From a virus (taxonomy: Duplodnaviria > Caudoviricetes): 64,000 nt of DNA. Where the stretch lies: IMG/VR virus record IMGVR_UViG_3300046779_000589, positions 243 to 64,242 of that record. One strand, given 5' to 3'. The notes below the pieces were generated by a model. That model was not told the origin of the DNA, did not search any database, and saw only the letters and a program-made list of their open reading frames with translations. Both the position numbers and the translations under genes were made by a program. Of this stretch, positions 27,337 to 34,131 are shown piece by piece. Numbering within the stretch: position 1 is the first letter of the stretch; the number at the start of each line of letters is the position of its first letter.

Positions 27337-28010
27337 TCTTTCTCTCCATAAGAACTTAGGATGTCATCTAGGTCATCCGTAGTTGTTTTTAGCGCGTTCT
27401 GTTCTTTTGGTTGGTCTTGCTGGCTCTCGCCAAGGATAGCGTCGAGGTCGAGGGCTTCTCCGTCGATGGTCAACGGCTCGTCATCCGCAGGGGTCACGTC
27501 TTTCAGGGCGTTCAGGCGCTGTTTCAGCTTGGCCCGCAGGTCGTCCGTGGTCTGGTGCGTGATGGTGACTTCGGTCTTCTCGGTGAAGAGGCCCACATCC
27601 CCGATCTTGCCCAAGAGTTCCAGCGCCTTTATCCGCACCTTGGGGTCCGGGTTCTCTGTCTCTTGGATGAGTTTGTTCGTCACCAAGTGACGAATCTGCG
27701 TGGCCGAGGTCACGATGGCATGGGAATACTCTTTCAGGACTTGCTGGGTCAGCAGCAGTGCGGGTGGGGTTAGCTGGGCCACGTTCTTCACCGTCGCTTT
27801 CTTGTTGGTCGCTGCCGGGTCAGACGAAAATGCAGCGGTGATGGTCGCCGCCGCCTGCTTGTCTTCTTCCGTCGGCGTTTTGATCTTCAACCCATGCCCG
27901 GCCAGCAGAGCCACAGTGCCGCAAGCCGCATCCACCTTGTCCATAAGCCCCTGCTGCAGCCCGGAGTCTGCACCGAGAGGTGTCTGGTTGTCAGGCGTGA
28001 TGCGCAGCAC
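27333..28010 (-). CDS. terS: Terminase small subunit (putative)
   Basis: First gene of the late arm, two genes before terL; contains DPKVRIKALELLGK. Confidence 0.65.
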   Translation of the reverse strand: MLRITPDNQTPLGADSGLQQGLMDKVDAACGTVALLAGHGLKIKTPTEEDKQAAATITAAFSSDPAATNKKATVKNVAQLTPPALLLTQQVLKEYSHAIVTSATQIRHLVTNKLIQETENPDPKVRIKALELLGKIGDVGLFTEKTEVTITHQTTDDLRAKLKQRLNALKDVTPADDEPLTIDGEALDLDAILGESQQDQPKEQNALKTTTDDLDDILSSYGEKE

Positions 28011-28140
28011 GGATGGTGTCCGAGTGGTGAAGTTTCACAAAATATAGCCCCCTTTCCGGGTTTTTGGGAGTCCCTTTGTAAAGAGGGGGTACCCCTGTTT
28101 TTTAGTGATGTTCTGTGCCGAAATTTAACAAGGGGTGGGG

Positions 28141-28217
28141 TGTTCTGAGCGTCCAAGCGATGGTCTAAGCCGGGACGAAGCTGTTCTGAGCGTCCAAGTG
28201 ATGTTCTGAGTTTGTTC
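28141..28217. repeat. Direct repeats TGTTCTGAG(CGTCCAAG), ending in a GTTC-N7-GTTC box
   Basis: 17-mers at 28141 and 28182, a 9-mer at 28202, and GTTCTGAGTTTGTTC at 28203-28217. Confidence 0.75.
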
Positions 28218-28245
28218 CAAACTGAAATGTTTGTGTGGAATAGTA

Positions 28246-28274
28246 ATACTATATCAGACCATGTGACCTGTCAG
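28246..28274 (-). promoter_or_regulatory. Putative promoter of the terS/late operon (CTGACA-17-TAGTAT)
   Basis: Near-consensus sigma70 elements with a 17-bp spacer, facing terS. Confidence 0.5.
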
Positions 28275-28485
28275 TTAGGGGGGATACCCCTCCGGTGGGG
28301 GTCTAGGTAGTCCGTTTCAGCCTGATCCAACCCTGCCTGCGCGACGGCTGGTTCGGCGCTGCCTGACGGGCTGCAGAGCGGCCTGCCAAATGGCCCAAGG
28401 CGTTCTGGCTGGCTGCAAAGCGGCTCGGCGCGTGGCGCAAAGCGTGGTGAAACGTGTAGTCGGGGGGCGTTTTATCCCCTCCCGT

Positions 28486-28502
28486 GTTAGCGCGTGGCTA
28501 AC
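28486..28502. promoter_or_regulatory. GTTAG box (GTTAGC-GCGTG-GCTAAC)
   Basis: One of 13 copies of the palindrome. Confidence 0.7.
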
Positions 28503-28582
28503 AGTGCCGGACAATGCCGGACAATTCCTTATAATGGTGTCCATCGAACGGCAATGGTGCTGCTCGATATAACATGAAAGGC

Positions 28583-28599
28583 GTTAGCAAATGGCTAAC
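28583..28599. promoter_or_regulatory. GTTAG box overlapping a start codon (GTTAGC-AAATG-GCTAAC)
   Basis: The spacer contains the ATG of 28591..29313. Confidence 0.75.
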
Positions 28600-29313
28600 A
28601 TTTCTCTGGCGAATGGCGCTTCGGGCGCTGCAATCGTGGCTGGTGCTGGGTCGAACCTCGGCGTCTCCGAGGACATGATCGACACGCTCCGCAAGGGCTG
28701 GTCGTCGCATGGCAAGGGCGAGAAATACCTCGCGGCGTTCTTCGATCTGGCGGATGCGCAGGGCTGGGCCGATACGCATTTCATCGCGGTCGGCAAGGAC
28801 GGGTCCACGGCCACAGAAGCGTCTTGGGAACGGTGCAAGCTGATGGTTACATCGGCCATGCCCAAGGGCGTGCAAACGCTTCTGGCAATGCCCGCTGAGG
28901 CGGCGCGGGGCCAAGTCGCGGCGGATTGGGACGGGAACGATTACACCAAATCGGGCCAGCCCAAGGACAAGCGGTATTGGCAGCAGCAGGTCGGGGCGCG
29001 GATCGCCAAGCTGGGTGATCAATGGCGCGAATTGGTGCGGGCGCGTGCCGCGAAAGAAAACTTCCTGCGGCTCAAGGATATGATCGCAGCGGGCGATACG
29101 GACGGGGCGCTGGCTCTCAAGGGCGAGATGGAACGGGCGCAACCGCGCAAGAATCTCCAGCCGTCTGAGTTCTTGGATCAAGCGTTTACCGATACGCTCA
29201 AGCGGATCGAACGGGCCAAGTCGGATGCGATTGATCTGCCCATGCTGCGGGAAGCGGTGCTGCGGTTTAGGGCTGAGGTTCGCAAGCTGGCCAAGGGCCA
29301 AGCGGCGGAATGA
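28591..29313 (+). CDS. First early-arm gene, 240-aa hypothetical protein
   Basis: AAAGG RBS, strong coding bias, followed by a GCAA-loop hairpin. Confidence 0.8.
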   Translation: MANISLANGASGAAIVAGAGSNLGVSEDMIDTLRKGWSSHGKGEKYLAAFFDLADAQGWADTHFIAVGKDGSTATEASWERCKLMVTSAMPKGVQTLLAMPAEAARGQVAADWDGNDYTKSGQPKDKRYWQQQVGARIAKLGDQWRELVRARAAKENFLRLKDMIAAGDTDGALALKGEMERAQPRKNLQPSEFLDQAFTDTLKRIERAKSDAIDLPMLREAVLRFRAEVRKLAKGQAAE

Positions 29314-29367
29314 CAACGGGCGGGGCGGCGCAAGCCGCCCCATCCTTCAACGCAAGCAAGGGATGAG

Positions 29368-29466
29368 ATGATGCGGATTCGGGATTGGTTGGCTGACGCG
29401 CTGGGCGTCGTGATGTTGTTCGGCATCCTCTACGGGGTGTTGTTTCTGGGTGCGGTGTTCGGATGA
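29368..29466 (+). CDS. 32-aa single-TM peptide
   Basis: MMRIRDWLADALGVVMLFGILYGVLFLGAVFG; followed by a terminator. Confidence 0.55.
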   Translation: MMRIRDWLADALGVVMLFGILYGVLFLGAVFG

Positions 29467-29470
29467 GGCA

Positions 29471-29502
29471 AGGGGAAGCGGCGCAAGTCGCTTCCCCTTT
29501 TT
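29471..29502 (+). terminator. Intrinsic terminator
   Basis: AGGGGAAGCGGC-GCAA-GTCGCTTCCCCT followed by TTTT. Confidence 0.85.
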
Positions 29503-29718
29503 AGTTGCGCTGCGGCTTCCCATGCAGCAAGCGGCGCGGCGCGCTATCCCTGCCGGATTCGGCGCGGCCTACGTTTCCGGCTTTCGACGCCAGTTCTCCG
29601 GCGGCAGTATGGTCTTGGCGTCTGCACCTTTTGCCTAACGCTTCTCTACAGGAATGAGACCAGTTCTCTGAGCGGCTGTGCGCCCACGCGCACGGGGCGG
29701 GCGCGGCCATGCAGGCGT

Positions 29719-29735
29719 GTTAGCGGCTGGCTAAC
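29719..29735. promoter_or_regulatory. GTTAG box (GTTAGC-GGCTG-GCTAAC)
   Basis: Abuts repeat cassette 1. Confidence 0.7.
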
Positions 29736-29812
29736 AAAAAACCCGCGCCGGTTGCGCGGGGTGCTGGACGGCTATGACGTAGTCATAGCCGGTTTTCCTT
29801 CTGGTTGTCAAG
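29736..29812 (-). ncRNA. Cassette 1: TTGACA promoter, hairpin and terminator (candidate tiny RNA gene)
   Basis: TTGACA at 29811-29806; hairpin CGGCTATGAC/GTCATAGCCG; terminator stem CCCGCGC/GCGCGGG with T6 on the minus strand. Confidence 0.5.
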
Positions 29813-29859
29813 CGGAAATTTTGCCCGATGCCAGTTCTCGGAGCAGCGGCGCGCCCAAC

Positions 29860-29936
29860 AAAAAACCCGCTCAGGTTGAGCGGGTGGCTTGGCGGCTACA
29901 ACTACGTTGTAGCCGTTTTTCCTTCTGGTTGTCAAG
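29860..29936 (-). ncRNA. Cassette 2: TTGACA promoter, hairpin and terminator (candidate tiny RNA gene)
   Basis: TTGACA at 29935-29930; hairpin CGGCTACAAC/GTTGTAGCCG; terminator stem ACCCGCTCA/TGAGCGGGT with a T-tract. Confidence 0.5.
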
Positions 29937-29954
29937 AACTTTTTTCGGCCAAAT

Positions 29955-30270
29955 GAGAACATCCTAAGTGCTTGATTTCATTATAATGTTCGTGACTTTG
30001 CGGAACAAACCATGAATGTTCGGAGAACATTCCGTCGATGCTCCTCGTAAGTCATTGATATTTGGTAATGTTCGTTCTGTTCGCACGAAAAAAGTATTAT
30101 CCGGGCGCTCGTTCGACCGACGGCAAGATGTTCGGTTTTCCGCACCCGCCAGAAACGCCCAAAAAGAATGACTAATAATAATTCTAAAAAAACATTAGAA
30201 CTTTCTAGGATTTTCAAGCACTTGCCCACACCTCACTGCGAACATTATACGAACATTTATGTTTACTAAC
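29955..30270. repeat. AT-rich region with iterated AATGTTC/GAACATT and an inverted AAGTGCTTGA pair (candidate origin/control region)
   Basis: AATGTTC at 29985, 30015 and 30067; palindrome AATGTTC-GGA-GAACATT at 30015-30031; AAGTGCTTGA at ~29966 with its complement at ~30214; GAAC-N7-GAAC at 30240-30254. Confidence 0.6.
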
Positions 30271-30397
30271 ACTTCACCATTACTCACCACCCCACACCAC
30301 CAAACAACAAACCCCGATAGGCAAAATGGGGCCAAAAACCCCCTGCCTCACAACAACCACTGCAAAATGCGATAGGAATCGACACGTTCTGTAATCA

Positions 30398-30426
30398 TTG
30401 CGCAAGAACTGATAGTTTGCTATACT
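30398..30426 (+). promoter_or_regulatory. Early sigma70 promoter TTGCGC-17-TATACT
   Basis: Exact 17-bp spacer; faces the early genes. Confidence 0.7.
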
Positions 30427-30524
30427 ATATGGACAGTTGGAAATTTAGTCAGTGAGTTGGTTGCCCGTCGGCGGTGCCCGCCCAACTGCGGCCCGCGCTC
30501 TTTTTCATTGTTGTCTCTGTCGTT

Positions 30525-30541
30525 GTTAGCTGGCTGCTAAC
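30525..30541. promoter_or_regulatory. GTTAG box (GTTAGC-TGGCT-GCTAAC)
   Basis: Lies in the early leader. Confidence 0.7.
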
Positions 30542-30629
30542 ACTCGACGCCCGCTAGGGGTGCCACCGTGCTATGCACGGCGCGGCTTGCCGCCCCCGAT
30601 CATGCTAGGGTGATGCAGGTATGTGCAGT

Positions 30630-30762
30630 GACGTTGCCCCAGCAGCGTCAGCTACCGATGATACCGTATGGTATGGCTACCCCCACGTGCCCCAGCACGG
30701 GGGAGGATAGATGCCGGAGACCAAAACCAAAAGGCCCGCTGTTGTGTAGCCCCAGCTACACA
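30630..30762 (+). ncRNA. Three hairpins sharing a GC-CCCA-GC apex
   Basis: GACGTTGC-CCCA-GCAGCGTC (30630-49), CGTGC-CCCA-GCACG (30686-99, extended by CCCC/GGGG), TGTGTAGC-CCCA-GCTACACA (30743-62). Confidence 0.7.
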
Positions 30763-30945
30763 GGAGATTGCGGATCGCAGACTGTGGCTGCGTTAAGCCC
30801 ATAAACTTCCAAGCACGATGACTCGGCTCACATACACCGCGCTGTGAAGCGCCGCGCTGCATACCCAAAGAAAACAGATTGCCAAACCCGCCGAGCGGCA
30901 CAGACGCCGCATGGAACGGGCGAGACAAACTGACGGGCAACAACG

Positions 30946-31028
30946 GTCGAAACCAAGGGGCGGCGCTACGCTATGCTTCGCCCCATTGGTCTGATGCAGA
31001 TGGTTCCTGCATCACTGACGAGACAACC
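30946..31028 (+). ncRNA. Type II hammerhead ribozyme; predicted cleavage after GUC at 30991
   Basis: GAAA at 30949-52; stem III ACCAA-GGGGCGG/TCGCCCC-A-TTGGT; GUC; stem I TGATGCAG/CTGCATCA; CUGACGA at 31015-21; stem II GTC/GAC; pseudoknot loop-I GGUU with 3' AACC. Confidence 0.9.
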
Positions 31029-31056
31029 CACAAACCCACCAAGCCAAGGACCAACC

Positions 31057-31275
31057 ATGACCATTAAGAACAAAATCACCAAGACTTGGGACGGTCGCAT
31101 CGTTGACGACCACAACAACCTTCATGTTGTGGAAGCCTTCAACGACCACGGCACTATGAAGGCCGGAAACACCTACATCATGGAGCGTCACGGGCGCATT
31201 GCCCCAGTGCTTGTCACCTCGACGGTGTGGAACGCGATGCAGAAAGCCTGCGCCGCATACAACTCCAACCGCTAG
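31057..31275 (+). CDS. Early hypothetical protein, first gene after the ribozyme
   Basis: AAGGA RBS; 72 aa. Confidence 0.7.
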   Translation: MTIKNKITKTWDGRIVDDHNNLHVVEAFNDHGTMKAGNTYIMERHGRIAPVLVTSTVWNAMQKACAAYNSNR

Positions 31276-31306
31276 GTCGGTGCCTAGCACAAACAAGGAG
31301 ACTGAA

Positions 31307-31723
31307 ATGACCAACCTGAACAAAGAAGCCGCAGCCGATGTTGCCGCGACCAACGCAACGCTGTCCGCCACGGGTGGCGTGTCGCCCATGCCCAAGCAGA
31401 CCATCTGGTCCTCGCGTGTCCCCCTGCAGGACCGCACCATCCGCTTCGGGATCGCTGCCGAGACGCTCACGGCCATTGCCGAGATCACGGGCAACCAAGC
31501 CCTCCACCATGCCATTGGCTACCTGACGCAGTGGAACCTCGCCCATCCGTTCTGCGAGATCATCGGCGGTGTCTATGACGGGACGCCCGAACTCGTTGCG
31601 ACCTACCGCAAGGAAGAGCGCGGCCCCATCACCTACCAGATCGGTGCGGTGTGGCATGAGGGCAAAGCGATTGATGGCATGACGGGCGACACCGTGGCCG
31701 GACACTTCGGGTTCCATTCGTGA
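31307..31723 (+). CDS. Early hypothetical protein
   Basis: AAGGAG RBS; 138 aa ending GHFGFHS. Confidence 0.7.
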   Translation: MTNLNKEAAADVAATNATLSATGGVSPMPKQTIWSSRVPLQDRTIRFGIAAETLTAIAEITGNQALHHAIGYLTQWNLAHPFCEIIGGVYDGTPELVATYRKEERGPITYQIGAVWHEGKAIDGMTGDTVAGHFGFHS

Positions 31724-31735
31724 GGGAGAACTAAG

Positions 31736-32023
31736 ATGAGCGATAATTTCGTGACGCACTGCGAAGCAGTGGAGCGGACCCTGCCCGCGTTCTGGGCACC
31801 TGCCCTTATCAACCGTGACTTCACGGGGTTTGATGCCGACTACCCCGACATGGAAAAAATTTGCGCCTTCATGTCCGATTTCACCGAACTCTACGGCAAC
31901 TGCGATCCCATCGACGTGAGCGAGGAGTCCTATTTTGTTAAGGGGCACGATGCAGTGCGCTACGGTGTGCTCCCGTGTGAGTGCTTTGAGTATACGTTCA
32001 TGCCGAGCATTGGAGAACTGTGA
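31736..32023 (+). CDS. Early acidic hypothetical protein
   Basis: GGGAG RBS; 95 aa. Confidence 0.7.
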   Translation: MSDNFVTHCEAVERTLPAFWAPALINRDFTGFDADYPDMEKICAFMSDFTELYGNCDPIDVSEESYFVKGHDAVRYGVLPCECFEYTFMPSIGEL

Positions 32024-32024
32024 T

Positions 32025-32297
32025 ATGAACATGCAAGCCCTGTTCGATAAGTTCCTGACCGGAACCGACCAAGATAAGGCCGAGGTGCGCGAGTTCCTGA
32101 CGCGCCACGAGAACATGCACCTGCTGTATAGTCGGGACTTCATCAACCTCGCTATCAAGAACGCCACCCTGCTTGGGGTAACGCCTGATGCAGCACAGGC
32201 CAAGTCCCGTGAGGAGTGGGTCGAAGCCGTCATCGCGGGCGAGACGGACGAGAGTTTCGAAGATTGGCGGTTCCCGTGGGAACGGGGGGAGGACTAA
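32025..32297 (+). CDS. Early hypothetical protein
   Basis: GGAG RBS; 90 aa. Confidence 0.7.
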   Translation: MNMQALFDKFLTGTDQDKAEVREFLTRHENMHLLYSRDFINLAIKNATLLGVTPDAAQAKSREEWVEAVIAGETDESFEDWRFPWERGED

Positions 32298-32298
32298 C

Positions 32299-32508
32299 AT
32301 GACCTATTCATGTGATGAATGCGGCGAGTGGGTGCACTCCAAGCGTTGGGAGTTGGGCTACCGCACCTGCCGTGAATGTGGCGAGGCTAACGCCCGTGCG
32401 GCCCGCGCCTCGTGGTGCATCGCCCCTGCGGGGCACAAGCAGGGCTACACGCGGATCACCGACCCGCAATACCTGCGGAACATGAACCCCAAGAGAGTGG
32501 AGGACTAA
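32299..32508 (+). CDS. C4 zinc-finger protein, DksA/TraR-like
   Basis: CDECGEWVHSKRWELGYRTCRECGE follows the C-x2-CGE...R...C-x2-C pattern; preceded by GGAGGACTAAC. Confidence 0.6.
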   Translation: MTYSCDECGEWVHSKRWELGYRTCRECGEANARAARASWCIAPAGHKQGYTRITDPQYLRNMNPKRVED

Positions 32509-32509
32509 C

Positions 32510-32824
32510 ATGGAGCCGAGATGGCGTGAGGAGTGGCGGTTTGACCCTGACCGCCGCTTCATCGGCGGCACCGCCGAAGCCGACCTGTGGGTGGTGTATC
32601 ATCGGGATAGAGACAGCAAGGAACCCACGGGTAAGGTGGCATCCATCCGCATGGTGCTCGGCCCCGGCTGGGACGGTTGGGATTGGATGTGGTGGGCCAG
32701 CGATGGGCTGCGCTACCCGAATGCGAACCAGTCACATGCCTACAAGCTGGCCCGCTATTTCGAGAAGAACAAACCCCTGCTGGACGCCTACGTGCGGGCC
32801 TTCGTGCCTGAGTTGGAGGACTAA
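32510..32824 (+). CDS. Early hypothetical protein (MEPR..RFIG..D family)
   Basis: GGAGG RBS; 104 aa, Trp-rich. Confidence 0.75.
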   Translation: MEPRWREEWRFDPDRRFIGGTAEADLWVVYHRDRDSKEPTGKVASIRMVLGPGWDGWDWMWWASDGLRYPNANQSHAYKLARYFEKNKPLLDAYVRAFVPELED

Positions 32825-32825
32825 A

Positions 32826-33083
32826 ATGCAGCGGTATACGTTTCAGAGCAACCACCCCGCCCAATACCTTGGCGGTGTGGGCAAGTATGATGTGTTCTAC
32901 GTGCCGAGCATGGAGAAAGTCTATGCCAAGCGTAGCAGCGAAGCAGGGGATGCCTTTGTCTATAACCTTGCGGTTCGTGAGTGGCAGCGGGGCTATCTGA
33001 TACAGCGCGGCGATGAACCGCCGACTGACGAGGAATGCGCCGTCATCCTCGCTATGTATGAGTGCTTTGCAGTAAAGAGTTAG
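32826..33083 (+). CDS. Early hypothetical protein
   Basis: GGAGG RBS; 85 aa; its TAG stop lies inside a GTTAG box. Confidence 0.7.
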   Translation: MQRYTFQSNHPAQYLGGVGKYDVFYVPSMEKVYAKRSSEAGDAFVYNLAVREWQRGYLIQRGDEPPTDEECAVILAMYECFAVKS

Positions 33084-33096
33084 TGTGCTAACTAAC
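33079..33096. promoter_or_regulatory. GTTAG box (GTTAGT-GTGCTA-ACTAAC)
   Basis: At a gene junction. Confidence 0.75.
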
Positions 33097-33126
33097 GCAA
33101 CAAACAATACCAATGGAGAACTAATC

Positions 33127-34107
33127 ATGACGACCAATACCAACACCATCACGCTTCCCAATGGCGTGACCATGCGTTCCAGCACTGCGCCTTTCGTGGC
33201 ACCCGCCCCCGCGCCCGCGTCGGTGCCGAGCATCTCGTCCTCGGCCATGCTGGTCGAACTGTCCATCAGCGTGTGGACGGGCATCAAGAAAGACAAGCGG
33301 GCCTCGCAGGATGTGGAGAGCCAGAACGGCGCTGACCGTGGCGTGGCCAACGTGTCCAAGAAACTGCTGGGCGACTGCGCCGAACTCAAAGCGGTGCAGG
33401 ATTTCACCGCGAATGTGAGAACTGGCATCCATTATGACATGACGATGCCGTGGTCCAACAGCGGTTTGCGTCTGCTGCCGACCGCCAAATACTTCGACTA
33501 CACCAAGACCATGACCGCGCTGCAAGCGGAGTGGGAGCGGCTGGTCGAAACCTTCCTTGCCGCATACGAGTGGGAAGCCGCGCAAGCCCAAGCCAAGCTG
33601 GGTTCGCTCTTTGCCCGTGACGAGTATCCGACCATCGAAAAGTTGCGGACTAAGTTCCGGTTCAGCATCAACTTCATCCCGATGCCCGAAGCTGGCGACT
33701 GGCGTGTGGACATGCAGTCCGAAGCCCGCGATGCCTTGGCCGCGCACTATGAGAAGTTCTACTCCGAGCAAACTCAGCGGGCCGTTATGGCAACGTGGTC
33801 GGTCGCAGCAGAAGCACTTTCTGCCATGTCCGAGCGGCTGGCCGACCCGACCGAGGGCGAGAAGGCCAACAAGAACGGCTCCAAGGTGTTCCGCGACAGC
33901 CTCGTGGAGAACATGATGGACGCCATCGACAAGCTGGAGGTGTTCAACCTGACGGGCGACCCGACCATGCAGATGATGCAGAAGCGGCTGCGTCAGGCGA
34001 TGAACGGCGTCACGCCGGAAGCCCTGCGCGAGGACCGCGACTTCCGTCTGGCAACCAAACGGGCGGTGGACGAGGCGATCAAAGCCCTGCCGTCGCTGGA
34101 CCTGTAA
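33127..34107 (+). CDS. DUF3150-like protein
   Basis: MLVELSISVWTG.K.DK, PW..SGLRLLP, EYPT.E.LR.KF motifs recognised from recall; GGAG RBS; next to AAA and vWA genes. Confidence 0.65.
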   Translation: MTTNTNTITLPNGVTMRSSTAPFVAPAPAPASVPSISSSAMLVELSISVWTGIKKDKRASQDVESQNGADRGVANVSKKLLGDCAELKAVQDFTANVRTGIHYDMTMPWSNSGLRLLPTAKYFDYTKTMTALQAEWERLVETFLAAYEWEAAQAQAKLGSLFARDEYPTIEKLRTKFRFSINFIPMPEAGDWRVDMQSEARDALAAHYEKFYSEQTQRAVMATWSVAAEALSAMSERLADPTEGEKANKNGSKVFRDSLVENMMDAIDKLEVFNLTGDPTMQMMQKRLRQAMNGVTPEALREDRDFRLATKRAVDEAIKALPSLDL

Positions 34108-34113
34108 CGTCCG

Positions 34114-34130
34114 GTTAGTGGAGGACTAAC
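34114..34130. promoter_or_regulatory. GTTAG box enclosing the Shine-Dalgarno (GTTAGT-GGAGG-ACTAAC)
   Basis: ATG at 34132 follows immediately. Confidence 0.8.
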
Positions 34131-34131
34131 A

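Noticed and set aside
30775-30812. TAAGCCCATAAA resembles twister/pistol ribozyme segments
   Set aside because: The required P4 loop geometry (twister) and the P1 plus pseudoknot partner (pistol) cannot be built from the neighbouring sequence.
30930-30952. Second possible hammerhead core CTGACGG...GAAA upstream of the real one
   Set aside because: A9 is replaced by G, stem II does not pair properly, and there is no matching stem I.
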